Assembly: GCA_028534125.1 (NCBI GenBank)
Contig: CM052817.1
Coordinates: forward strand, 56,608,001 to 56,671,813
Length of the DNA stretch: 63,813 nt
Origin: Lama glama
Lineage: Eukaryota
Direction: 5' to 3'
Position numbers and translations under genes: made by a program. Below, one piece after another: positions 51,111-63,813 of this stretch. The notes under the pieces were generated by a model that was given only the letters and a program-made list of their open reading frames with translations, was not told where the DNA came from and made no database searches. The number at the start of each line of letters is the position of its first letter. The first letter of the stretch is position 1.

Positions 51111-52934
51111 TATTCCTAAGTAGTAATTAGGCAGTAATCTCATGAATTAATTTTTCAAATAAAATAATTTTATACTTAATTTTTTAAAATGTCTAATAGA
51201 TTGTATTTGAAGCTATATGTAGTGTCACATGAAATATTCGGTATATACTCATGTATACAACAGGGGTTTGGTTTTGTTTGTTTGATTTGGATTTACTAAT
51301 GCAGATATTAATGGTGTCTCAGGAGCAGTTTTGCATGTTTCTGCTAGGCTGTTCTTTTAAATATGGTTTCAGGGTAAAACACTTGGAAAATAATAAATCT
51401 ATATCACAGTGTGGTGAAAAAAAAAAAGACCTGCTTTCCTATAGCTGCTTCTTCTCTAGATTATTTGAAGTGATGGTTGAATAATTGAGTATGCTACTCA
51501 GTGACACTATGTTGTGAAATATTGATGTGTATTACTGTGAAACAATTTAGAGCACTGATGTGAAAGGTGCTATTCAAATTGGAGTTAGAATTTGTTTTTA
51601 GGCAATACATGGCAAGGTTTACCAGCATCTGTGAACAGCTAATCTCAAGTTCAATTATACTTAAATTGGAAGCGTGTACTTGCTATCACTATTAGAGGCC
51701 AAAGTAAAAACAAAAAGAAAAAAAAGTCACTGTATGCCTAATGAAGTATCAAGCATAGGAGACTTCAGGATTGAATTTATCAGCTTGTAGCACATTTGCA
51801 ACAAAGGATTCCTCTAAGCAATGAGGGTGACACCAGTCCACATGCTATTGGCTGAGGCACTGACAAGAGCAAAGTAAAATTTTTCTGAGCAAATGACTCA
51901 TCAGTGGCTGGTTGTTCTTTCATAACTGTTGTCAGGTTCATGCTGAGTGTCTTCTGTATTATAAATAAGTATCTGGTTATCTATAGAAACATGTAGATCA
52001 CATTGAAGAGAATGCAGTAAAATGCAGGCATTTTACTACTTCTGACTGCTTTCTAACTTTGGACTTGCAGAATTAATAGTTCAGCAGCGAAGATAAGACA
52101 CATTTCTCCCTTCCTGATCCTTGAAGGTAATAAACTGTTCTTAAAATGTCACAAAATGAGTCCATTTTCTGGAACTAAATTGTAAGAGGGCTCTGGAAAA
52201 CACCTCTAGGGATCCAGTTGTAAAGAGAAGTCCCCAGGAGGGGAGGGGACGCTGCAGACAGTTAATGCTAAAGCAGACCTAAAACTATGACAGACCGGCA
52301 CTGTGGACGTGTTATACACGCCATAATAACCCCACCTCGTCTCCTCATTCTAACACACCACACGAGCTGCCTATTTTCTCCCCCTCTAATTGCTCATATT
52401 AATCAGTCTTCACCTCTTTAAAGACATTAGATTGGAAGTGTTAAAATGAATGATTTGCTCTAGGCCAGCTCACCAGTAGACCACACAGCAAGGAGATTTC
52501 TAAAATCTAATGAGTACGACTAATATAGGAATTAGGTGTAGCCCTGTAGATGTTGGTGTTGTCCATCCATTTTCTGCATCACCCATGTAGTACCCAGCAC
52601 TCCATAACGTGGGGACTTCCTGCTTCCTTTGTCTTTCCATTTGGTGGCAGCCCTCCCCTCAAAACATGTCACAACACAAGCTCTCAGAAACCTTAGCTCT
52701 TTGTAAACAAGACTTCTGCAAGCCACCTTCTCCAGCAGATGACAGGGGACTAGTCATCAAAGAATTGTACCTCCAGTAAGAAGCCTATCAACCATATCTG
52801 CCAAAATGCAGGAATGGAGTAATGCCCCAAGGATTGTGATGCATGTTTCTTCTTTTCCTCAAAAGTCCCTGACTCAAACCATGAGGAAACATCAGGTAAT
52901 GTATATAAAAAATTTGACCCCTTTGTCAAATTCA

Positions 52935-53520
52935 ATTTAACTCAGCAATTTTTATTAGCACCTACTATATGCCCTATGTTGTTCTAACTAAACATATGTG
53001 AATAAGACATGCTCCCAGTTCTTAAAACCAACAGCAGATAGATATGAAAATGATCACTGCACAATCCTGTGGTATGTTTCAACACAAACGGAAACTCCAA
53101 AACCTTAGACTGCTCAAATAAAGCAGAGTACTCTGTGCCTTGGGGAGACAGGGAAGATAAAACAAATTGTGAAGATTATATTCATCAGACGAAAAAAAGC
53201 CAAACAGAAATAAGGATACAAAAATGACATCCACAAAAGTCCTGGACAAGAAAGAAAAGCAGCATTTTTAGGGATCTTAAAGTGGAGCAATGTATCAGGT
53301 ATCCTGCACACCTGGCAAAGCCCACTAGAAGGAGACACGCCTGGTTGGGTTGAGTCTAGATAATGATGAGTTTTATATGCCAGAGAAGGAAAGAAGAAGT
53401 ATAGATTTTATTTTGAAGGTAGCTTTTAAGCAAGTAGTGGTAAAGTCAGAAATTTAACAGACGACGTACAGGGAGACTGACTGGATGAGGAAGATATTGA
53501 AGAAAGAGAAACCGTAATAT
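52935..53520 (-). mobile_element. L2 3' fragment(s)
   Basis: ttcaatttaactcagcaatttttattagcacctactatatgcc ... gaataagacatgctcccag. Confidence 0.55.
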
Positions 53521-54739
53521 TCTTTTCCAGTTAAAACAATGGGCCCTTCCATTTCCAAAGTAAAAGTAAACAACCAAAAAAATAAAGAGATTATAACATT
53601 GATTAGTATCTCATGATAATAAAATTTTAATATTAGGCATGAAATTCAATGTTTAAATTTGTAAATAGAATGAACCAAAGGAACTGAACTTCCTGCTCAT
53701 ATAAGGTGATCATTGAAGTATTTCCCCCATTACCTCAAAAAATGCAATTCTGATTTTAAAAGTATTGAAGGGCAATGTAGGATTTTACTGATTCTGTTGT
53801 AAAGATGGTAGAGGGTTAGGAAGAAGGGTGAGGAATTCAACTGCACAAACACAACCAAATTTCCTAAAAATCCTCAGCAGACGTCTTTTTTCCGAGAGAT
53901 CTTCTTATCATAAGAGTTGTTTACAAATATATCTCTTCTCCATTAATACCCTCCCACTCCATTTCCCACTATTTCACCCACCCATTCATGCAGCCTTTTC
54001 AATATTATCTCCTTCCACAAAGCACTCTCTACTTCTTCTAATGGATAAGCAGGTTAACTCTCTTGTCAAGTTTCTTCCAGGTTTCCTATGATCTCGTTAA
54101 CACTATTAGCAAAAACCTGGGGACTATCAGCACAAGAACACTGTAACTTTAGAAGACAGAAGACAGGAAATGAGGACAACAATATCAATTCTGTGACTTT
54201 CACATTTTATCCTGTCACTAAAGGACACAAAGCAGTAGAAGGAAGTGGAGTTTTGCATCCTCTGCTGCTAACTGGGTGGACAAGGAGAGTGTGGATGCGC
54301 GGGTACTCATTCATATTGCCCTATGTGAATAGAGAGAGGTGGGGAGAGCTGTAGTTGGTGGAAAGCACACTGGTCACGTTCTGTTCCTTTAAAAAATTTG
54401 TCTTTTTAATTATCTTGGCCTCAGTTTCTTCATTTATAACTTGAGGGGCACTGTAGAATATTTTTGAAGGGTTCCTCATGGCAAAGCTGCAATTTAAGCT
54501 TTGATTCTGCTGTCAGAACACCTAATTTTGAGCTCCTATTCCACCACTATCAGGTAGCTGTGTGTCATTGAGCAGGTTCTATAATTACTCAGGGTGTATC
54601 TTCTCCACTAGAATATGGGGAATCAAGCATCCATCTCAAAAAGAAAACAAAATAAAGACGGAAAGTGCTATCTGAACAACTAGGCTATTACGCAAAGGAT
54701 CAATTCTCTGTGATGCCAAGTTACAAAAAAATAGTAATA

Positions 54740-54975
54740 ATCTTTTTACAATATAGATTTTGAATCCATCTCCCTAGTTACACAGACTTCAACTTAAACT
54801 GTTCTTGACAGATGAATAATCATTCTAATTTATGTTAAAGTCTTCCTGGGAAATATTATTCTCTCTTTCAATAATATAATCTACTAATATTTAAATCTAG
54901 ATCATCTTTTTCTGTGCCTACTTGTGATGGAGAACAACCAGTCATCATTCTATACATAATAACCTTTCATAGATG
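54740..54975 (-). mobile_element. Possible CR1/L3 fragment
   Basis: Loose similarity to the antisense L3 3' region (gagaacaaccagtc...ataacctttcatagatg). Confidence 0.35.
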
Positions 54976-57140
54976 TGCTCAATATAAATTACTTTCTTAT
55001 TATTATTATTACCAAGCTGCTGCTGTTATGGTCATGGTACTTAAAACAACAGTTATCTGCAATTCTCTTATCCCTCTATACAGAATCCATTTAATGCCTT
55101 GCCTCCCTTCACTGCTGATCACTTCAAAGGATGAAGAGAGCATAGGGAGGCTATGTTCCTTGTTAAGATTAAATAATTAATTGAGTAAATAAAATCAAGG
55201 CCAGGAAGAAAGGAACTAACTGCTCCTTATAAATGTTTACTTGGTTTGACTTGATACCCATGGGTGATGGTTCTTTATCAAAACCTGGGTACTATTTATG
55301 AGACAGTAAGGCATTAAGTGGTAAAAGAAAAACAAACAAGCAAACAAAACACTGATCTCATTAGCCTTGGTTAGTAAGAGACAGACCATTTTTCAGCAAC
55401 CTCTGCTGACTACAAACATACACTTTCAGAGATTTTCTGAACTCCCCTCCAGATTTTGGTATCATTTGTACAATTTCATATGCCATGCCTTAGTTTATGG
55501 TACATTACTCATTTCCTTTCCCTGATTATCTATACCCTTCTCTGTTTTCAAAAAACTTACCAGAGAATTCTAATATTCCGGTTTCCTGTAATATCCCTTC
55601 TAGTAATCTTCATCATGCTTAACAATGTAGCACCTATATATAAAATACAGTTCATTGCCCTTTGTCAGACACATATGTGAATTTTATTTCTATAACCTTA
55701 CCTAAAAATCCTTGATTCAGGAAAGCAGATATAACACTTGTTTTTGTATGTTCCCAAAGGCATAAGGAACCTAGCCCAGGACTGGCTATATAACCAATGC
55801 TCTATAAATGTATTTATTGGTTGCTTTCAGCCAGGATACTCTATTACTCAACTTCAAGGGATGCTACTCATTCAGTGTGAATACTATTAGCACTATGAAG
55901 AGTGTGGTCAATAAGATCAAATGTGATATAATAAAATATTGATGGTGCCCCTGGAGTTGTTCAATGATGGCAATCATGTGTAGACTACATTAAGCATTCT
56001 CTGAAACTATAGATAAATGATAAAGAAATAGTCACAGTTTTAAAAAATGACAATTCAGCAATTTTTCAAAAAATGGCACTATTCAAGTTTTCCAGAAATT
56101 TAAAGTATCTGCATTTACTAAATGAGAGCCAACTCAAAATCCAGTTAATCTAGGAATACATCCCTAACACCTTCTCAGTAGCAGAATCAGTGGACTGCTT
56201 CTCTGACCCCTTAACACTTTAATATACTTCTCCTATGGTGTTTCATCATCTCCCATTCTAAATTGTATTTGTCCACTTCATCAGATAGAACTAAAGTTTG
56301 TCATAATTGTAGCATATTCAAGACCATTGGGAACTGAGCTGCACGGCCTGGTAGGAAACAGGAGTAAAGTAGGTCTTGCCCAGTGAAGTTTGGGAAACTG
56401 ACTTGAATCAATGACTAAACTCTAACAGAGAAATTAGCAAAACACCAAGGCATGGCTAGAGCCATTCAGGCTTGGTTCCAACATGCAGCAATGTGCTAGA
56501 AATCACCATCATTTCAATTCAGTGCAGCAGCAGACAGAGGCACAGCAGGCAGTAGTCATAAGATATAATGTAGAGGAGGCATGTCTAACTAAAACAGGTA
56601 GCGAATGGAAAAGAGAATTAATTGATAATTCCAGGAAGGAGTGGTACCTCTACAATTCTGAAAGAAGTAGGACAGGCTAAAAAAAGTGAGGATAAGCATT
56701 TTAGAGAGGCTGCAGCATAAAACAAAAGAGGAACAGCATGTATAGAAGGAGGTGAAAGTATTTCAGGAAGATGAAGAATAAATTTTGGGTTATGAACTAC
56801 TGAGAAAGAAAGCTAAAGAGTAGGCAGAGGACAGATTATCATGGGCTATGCATGCCATGTTAAGAATCTCAAACATTATCCTGCAGAAATCAACAAAGCA
56901 GTTAGGGAAAGACTGACCATATGACTGCTTTATCCAAGGGCTTCAGGAGGAAAATGTTGAGTTTCCTATAAGACATAGATTCAGTTGTCCAATAGGTAGA
57001 AAGATGTTGGAGAACACAGATTGAGGACAGAGAAAAAAATGGGAGAGACACTTTGTCAGGGAATATACACTTTGGAATACCAGTTTGTAGGTGGTAGGCA
57101 TAATTGTGAAACCAGATGAGATCATTGGAAGATTGTGTAG

Positions 57141-57325
57141 CAGTGGCTCTCAAATTCTATTACATTTTAAAACCACTTTGGGAGTTTTAAGATGCACATT
57201 CTAGGTATACATAATATCCCAACCTTGACCGTTCTGATTCAGTCTTTGATGTGGGTTCATAACATCTGTAGTGTTAAAAATACCTTTAGTTAATTCTGTT
57301 GTACAAAAGAGATGGAGAACCAATG
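57141..57325. mobile_element. MER5A-like hAT-Charlie MITE
   Basis: Terminal inverted repeats cagtggctctc / gagaaccaatg, internal ttctgattcag, length about 185 bp. Confidence 0.75.
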
Positions 57326-57449
57326 TTTTAAGGAGTGAATAAAGAAGAATCTGCCAAGAGAAAAAGAAATGGTAGAGTTAGAGGGGTCAATGGAAAAATA
57401 AGACAAGAGTGTTATTCCCAAAGATATGGGAGTGGAGAGTTTTAAGATC

Positions 57450-57655
57450 TAGGTTCAGCTCTGGCTTACCCACTTACTAACAGTGTGACATCAATTTACA
57501 TAATATCTCTGACTCCCAACCTTCTTGTCAGCAAAATGAGGGTAATAATAGTTAACTCTCTCATAGAGTCACTGGGGACTGAAAGAGATATGAATAGAAA
57601 ATGCATAGTATAATGAAGTCATCAGAAAATGCCAGTAAATGTTACTTCTTATTAA
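57450..57655 (+). mobile_element. MIR SINE
   Basis: cccacttactaacagtgtgac ... gtcagcaaaatgagggtaataatag ... cagtaaatgttac. Confidence 0.65.
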
Positions 57656-60600
57656 TATGAATCTTATCATGGATATTATGATTAACAGTCCCCAATATTA
57701 CAACTGTCCTTTTGGCTTGGCAGTTAGTAAATTATTGGTGATTTGGACAAGAGCAATTTTGGTAGTGTTTTAAGAACAAAAATAAATTATAGTGGATGGG
57801 AGACTAAAGGAAAGGATAGAAATGAGTGTTAACCTTTTTTTTTTTTCCAGAAGTTTGTTGATACAGGTAAAAGAGAAATTAGATGGTAACTAAAAAGGGA
57901 TAGATGACATAAGCAGGGTTCTTTCAAGGAATGGAAAATACTTGACTATGTGTCTAGAAAAAGAGGAGTCAAGAGTGATTAGACCAGAAAGATATATGAG
58001 GCAGATGAAATATTTTTTCTAGCCCAGGAGTTGCTGGATTTAAGAAGACAGAACTTTCAACTCTGCAGTATCTGAAACTAAGGAAGAAGGTAAAAATGAA
58101 TGTGGCTATATTTGTGCAGATGGGGGTTAGGGGAAATATGGAAAAGTAGAGAAAGACCATACCTGAATCCATTTTTTAAAAAGTATTTTATTTTACTAAT
58201 GTTCATACCTTTTTTATTTATCTCTTTTTTAAAATGCTCTTATATGCTTTATAAAAATGCACATTAGTCCTAAATTTGTCTTTGCCCCTCAGTAGTAGGC
58301 TAAGTATTTTTGGTTATGTGTGCTAGACCTAGCTGCATTTCTAAGGAATTCTATCTGCATTAAATGCAAGACTGTCATGTAGAGCATGACTGAAGAGTGT
58401 GGTGAAGATCAGCATCATGGCTAAGAAAAATGGTAAAAAACCTGGTCAGTCTATGTACAATGACATATTGATCAGTGCTTGGGTCTAGCTAAAGCTGAAT
58501 GACATGAATATTTAGTGGCAACTGCAGTCAAAATTGCGTGTTTTTTTTTTTTTGCAACAAAATTCAGGTACAGAAACAAAGAAGGAGAATTAGAGGCTAA
58601 GGAATGAGATTTTTTTTGACTAGGTCAGAAGGAAAGCTAGTGGGACAAGAGAGTTGAAGATGCTGGAAAGTTGAAGATGTTGGTGAGAGTGTAGCTCAAA
58701 AGATTAATCATTAAGTTTAGAAGAGACAAGAAAAGAAGAAAAAGCAGAAAGCAGTTGATATATTTGGTAGGAAACGGAGCATGCAACAAACTCCGAGACC
58801 AAGGAGAAGATGTGGGGACAGCAGTAAGTAGGACAGCTTTAGTGGATATTAAGTATTCCACTCCCATGATGCATTATAGCCCTGCTGACTGCTGAAATAA
58901 AGGTAAAACCTAAAGGATGGGAAGCATCTGCTTCACTCTTTCATTGTAGGCTTTGGTTTCCCCGAGGGTGATCCTTGAAGGCACAGGTGAAGTGAGGCTT
59001 TACCAATCCACCTCTATTTCCTCATATGGGAACGGTTCTTCCTTTTCAGAAGATCAGAGTTCCTGAATGTTTATGCCTAAAATGACTTCCATTAGCATGG
59101 CTTATTTATAAGCTTTAAATATCACATTGAATTTTAGAACTCAGAACATTATACCTTAATTACTAAAAAACAAAACAAAACAAAACAAAATAAAAACTAA
59201 AAAACAGAAAAAAAACTCCTGGGGAAATTTGGAACTTTTTGCTCAAAGCTATCCTAAACCCAATGTAACATTAAAGATTTAAAATTCTTTTGGTGTAACA
59301 AAATAACCAAGTAGCATATATATTTATTTCTCTAATAGTTGCATGGACTTTTACCTCAATCATTAATCCTCTTGTAAGAGAATAAAATGGAATAATAAAT
59401 CACCAGTACAGATATGCTAGATTTGATCAATGTTTCTCTTTAGAAGGAGTAAATAATAGAGCAACACCCACTCTGCAAAATTTATGTACCACAGCATTCT
59501 GTCACCTAGGCAAGGGGATTGATATGGACTGCTGAGAGGAAGCAAGACCTCCTCTCCCCTCCAGAACTGCTAAAGCAACAAGTCATCATTTACAGGGCAA
59601 ATAACACCTCATTTCAGAGCAGTGCAATCCTTTCTCAGGAAAGAACTGCCCTAATCCTCAACCTCCTCCTCCCGTAAGGAAACTAACAGTAGCTTATTTC
59701 ATTAATCATTCTAGCTAGCAGGATAAAAGGAATGACATTTAGAGAGAAACATACTAAGTATTTTACATCTTTTCTGATGTAATCCTTAAAACACCATTAT
59801 GAAATTGTAATACCCATTCCAGAGGGGAACCCTTCAGTGTATAAGTTTAGTATAAATTCTACTGCCACACACAAATCAAGCTAGGTTGGAATGCTGATTC
59901 TACTATTGAATTTCTAGCCCCAAAGTTCATCTATCTGATGTCTGCTGCCCAATGTTTCTGTCAGAATGAATAACAAATGCTTCTTTATTCATTCACTAGT
60001 AAACTTACTAGTAAATGCTTCTTTAGACAAAATATGGCTAGTAATAAGCAATGGATAAAACTGTTTATGGCCATGCATCCCTCAAGAGACTATTAGAACC
60101 TTCAGGAACCAGTGTGTCTACAAGAAGATTTCAGAGACAGGGTATGTATATTTCATAAAGTCACTAGAACACCACATGATTTTGATTGTGTTAGTGTCCC
60201 TCTTTCCTCTCCAGACCATTGAAAATCACTCTCCAAATGAGTTACATGGAGAATTGTTAAGATGGTTGTTTCCTCTCCAAGCAGCATAGCAACTGAAGTT
60301 AAGACTTCACTTCAAAATGAGGCTGATAAAATGAGAGATGTAGCTGAAGAGCACGTAAGGCTGCAAGGTCATAAAAATAACAAAGTTTAACATCACCACA
60401 AATATAAGCCTAGCAAGACATCTATTATTCTTCCCAGACTCAGGCTCCTCATCTGTACAATAAGAAATTGGATAAGATGAACTAAAAGCCCTTTCCAACT
60501 GATAAGAATACACGAGGAATGATGCCAACATTTTCTGTGGTTTAACAAGTTGGGAAATGCTGCAGACTGCTTGTCTTTCTAGGAGGTCCGCAATGCAGAG

Positions 60601-60900
60601 TAGCATCTTAAAGGCCCTTTCAAAGACCCATTCAATTTTGCTTATCCACATTTTCTCCAAGTATATTTATTTTCCTCTGCTCTAGAGGAACATCTATTAA
60701 TACCTAAAAGAATAAATTATCTGCAGAACACAATTTAGGGGAGGCTAGATTAGAAAAAAGAATAATGTATCAAATATCAAGAAATATATACATATATTTT
60801 GGATGTTATAGTAGATAAGAGTAGAGTGATAAGGCTATAACTTCAATAGTATAAGTGACAGTTTATGGGGTAATAGTGACACTGAGTAACAGGGTTTGGG

Positions 60901-61325
60901 TCAGAGTTTGAAATTCAAATGCCCTCAAGGCCTGGAAGTAAATGTACATAATGAAGAAGAACAAAATTTAAGATGGTAAACAGGAACTGACTGTGCCCTT
61001 GAGACACAGAGAAGAAACAGGGGATAGTGCAGACTTTAGTAAAGTGGATAATGCAAAGCTTCATTTAAGAGAATAGCTACTGCTGATCTCAAATAACTGT
61101 TGCCACATAGGAATACACATGCTCTTTCACCAGTGTTCCAACTTCAAAGAGAAGCTGGAAATTCTTATTTTCATCTGAAAACTCCCACACTTTTCACACT
61201 GGAAAATAATTCAAATTAAAATACTGTGTTTTCTATTACTTTGGAAGCCAACCACCTACCGACCAGAAAAACACATCTCCAGATTATCTTTGGCCCATGA
61301 GACACCTGCCTGTGGTGACTGCCTG
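60901..61325 (-). mobile_element. MER102-like hAT DNA transposon
   Basis: cagagtttgaaattcaaatgccctcaaggcc at one end and aaaacacatctccaga...tttggcccatg at the other. Confidence 0.5.
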
Positions 61326-62149
61326 AGGAATCAAACAAGCATACTGAGCACTCATCATGTGAATCACAGTGAACAAGCATAGAGAGAGAAGGAGCAATAC
61401 GGAGAGCCAATGGTGAGATGACACTAATTGCCCAAAAGAGAGAGAGAGAGAAATTTCAACTAAAGTTAAGGAAAGTGTTATGGGAAAGGCTGGTGATGCA
61501 GAGTTTGCTCCACAAAGCTCAGTGTGAGAAGCCTGTAGCAAGACCAAGAGGTAGTCACAGATGTAGTGAGATTAACTGGAAGAGAATGAAATTTGAGATA
61601 AAGGAGCCACAGAAGAGGAAACATCAAACCATCCTTCATGAATGAGCATGCAGAGTACCATGTAGGTGAGCAGTTTACTGAAGGCTATTCACCTTGTAGT
61701 GGTAGAGTTACAGGTGGCACTGAAGGATTCCAAACTCCAGTCTCATCGTTTTTTGTCAAACCAGGATGCTTTTATTATCTTAAAACTATACTTTTACTAT
61801 AAATTTATTAGAGGTATATTTAAACAAATGCACTTTTTGATACTTTTGTCACCTTTTTCCAGATCATAAAAATGATATAATAGAGTGTCCTTTAAAGCTA
61901 ACCACAGGCAGCCAATACTATACATGATAGGATACTAAAATGAGATCCATCAAGTAATTACATTGTTCTCTCAACACACATAATGTAATTCTGAATTCTG
62001 AATCAAGATATAACAAAGAATATAATAAAGCATAGCATAAGAAGTCCAGTTAATGCTACTCTTAGGATTTTAAAAAAATTTTTCCAGATGTATTACTGCA
62101 TTACAAAATAGATGGAACACAGACCACAGGTTGATGAACTCTTGTAAAC

Positions 62150-62290
62150 ATTCCAGACATTTCCAAATGTGGCTGCACAAAAATCATGTGTGGATCTTTT
62201 ATTAAAAACTGATTATGGGGACAAACTCCAGATACCATGATTCATAGGGAATGGATGGGTTCTAGAAATGTATGTCTTTATAAAACTGCA
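62150..62290. mobile_element. MER5A-like fragment, cut by the adjacent L1
   Basis: ttccaaatgtggctgcaca...aatca ... tgattcatagg ... tagaaatgtatg. Confidence 0.55.
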
Positions 62291-63735
62291 TTTTTTAAAT
62301 TGTAAAACTATGTAACGTAAACTTTACCATGTTAACCATTTTTAAGTGTACAATTCAGCAGCATTAAGTATATTCACATTGCTGTGTAACCAATCTCCAG
62401 AACTTTTTCATTTTCCCCAGTTGAAATTCTAAAGCTATTAAACAATAACACCCTAATCCCCACTACTCATCATGGGGCAGCCAACATTCTGTCTCTATGA
62501 ATTTGACTACACTAGGTACCTTATATAAGTAGAATCATACAGTATGTGTTTTTTTGTAACTGTCTTATTTCACTTAGTATAAGATCTTCAAGATCCATTC
62601 ATGTTGTAGCATGTGTCAGAATTTCCTTCCTTTTCAAGAATAATATCCCATGGTATGTATGTACCACATTTTGTTTATCCACTCACTCACCGAAGGACAT
62701 TGGGTTATTTCCATCTTTTGGTTATGAGGAGTAATATTGCTATGAACATTGGTTTGATTCTCTGCTTTCAATTCTTTGGTATATTTATCTAGAATTGGAA
62801 TTTCTGGTTCAAATAGGAATTCTACATTTAATTTTTTTCAGGAACCACCATATCATTTTCCACAGTAACGGCACCATTTATATTCCTACCAGCAATACAC
62901 AGGATATCAATCTCTCCACACTCTCACCAACATTTATTATATTTTTGTTTTCTTTTGTTTTTTTATAGTAGATCTCCTAATTGGTGGAAGTGGTATTTCA
63001 TTGTGCTTTTGATTTGCATTTTCCTAATGACTAGTGATATTGAGCAACTTTTTATGTGCTTACTAGCCATTTCTATCTTCTTTGGAGAAATGTCAAGTTC
63101 TTTGCTAATTTTAATGAGGTTGTTCGTTGGTGGTGGTGGTGGTGGTGGTGGTGGTAGTGTTGTAGAGTTGTAGAAGTTCTTCATGTATTTTGGCTATTAA
63201 TCTCTTACTAGATATATTTTTAAAAAATACTTTTACCCATTCTATGGGTTGACTTTTCACTCTGTTTATAAGGTTCTTTTATGCATAAAGGTTTTTAATT
63301 TTGATGAAGTTTACTCTATCTATTTTTTCTTTGATTCTTGTGTTTTTGTTATAGCCAATAAATTCTTTTCCTCTATGCTTTCTTCTAAGAGCTTAATAAT
63401 TTTAGCTCTTATATTTTGGTCTTTTATTCATTTTGAGTTATTTTTTGGAATATGGTGTAAGATAAGGATCCAATTTTATTTTTCTGACACATGGCTTTCC
63501 AGTTTTCACAACACTGTTTGCTCAAGACATTATCTTTTCTTCATTGAATAATTTTGACATGCTTGTCAAAAGTAACTGGAGTGTATATTCAAAAATCTAC
63601 ATCTGTGCTTTTATTCTATTCCATTTGTATATATGTCTCTCTTTATGCCAGTACCACAATGTTCTGATTATTGCAGCTTTGTAATAAGTTTTGAAATCAG
63701 TAAGAGTGAGAGCTTTCTTTTTAAAGATTGTTTTT
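62291..63735 (-). mobile_element. L1MB-type 3' fragment
   Basis: taaccatttttaagtgtacaattcag...cattaagtatattcacattgctgtg. Antisense ORF2 peptide MASKHIKSCSISLVIRKMQIKSTMKYH. Confidence 0.9.
63129..63155. repeat. (GGT)9 microsatellite
   Basis: Directly visible. It explains the poly-Gly and poly-Pro runs in the ORF track. Confidence 0.95.
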
Positions 63736-63740
63736 GCTTA

Positions 63741-63813
63741 TTTTTTTTTTTGGAATTTTTTTTAACATTTTTTATTGATTTATAATCATTTTACAATGTT
63801 GTGTCAAATTCCA
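63741..63813 (-). mobile_element. 3' end (poly-A side) of a young camelid-type L1 running off the window
   Basis: T-rich tail followed by taacattttttattgatttataatcattttacaatgttgtgtcaaattcca, recalled as the camelid L1 3' terminus. Confidence 0.8.

Larger units (their letters stand above)
56580..58860 (-). mobile_element. Degenerate L2 with nested MER5 and MIR
   Basis: gtaggcagaggacagattatcatgggct...gccatgttaagaa; attattggtgatttggacaagagcaatttt; agatggtaactaaaaaggga. Confidence 0.65.

Noticed and set aside
62955..63184. Poly-Gly and poly-Pro ORFs
   Set aside because: Produced by a (GGT)9 microsatellite inside L1.
1..63813. CRISPR arrays, tRNA/rRNA/snRNA genes, NUMTs, processed pseudogenes
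   Set aside because: None recognised on either strand by eye, though very degraded copies could be missed without a search.

Overview
AT-rich, CpG-depleted mammalian genomic DNA, probably camelid (alpaca/llama/camel). That assignment is inferred from the youngest L1 3' ends and from seeing no Alu, B1, Can-SINE, PRE1, Bov-tA or CHR SINEs. I found no intact protein-coding gene, RNA gene or CRISPR array, and no novel functional system that I can support. The window is intergenic or deep-intronic and is a layered record of transposable elements. It holds several generations of L1, many L2/MIR/CR1 fragments, MaLR (MLT1) and ERVL (MLT2, LTR33-like) LTRs, two ERV1-type solo LTRs (one with a 4-bp TSD), a class III ERV relic with a degenerate tRNA-Ser primer-binding site, and hAT DNA transposons (MER5, MER58, MER102-like). 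The most unexpected item is not shown by the ORF track: a heavily decayed Ty3/Gypsy pol fossil (RNase H followed by integrase) on the minus strand at about 1-960. Repeat subfamily names come from recalled consensus sequences, not database searches, and most boundaries of old repeats are approximate.
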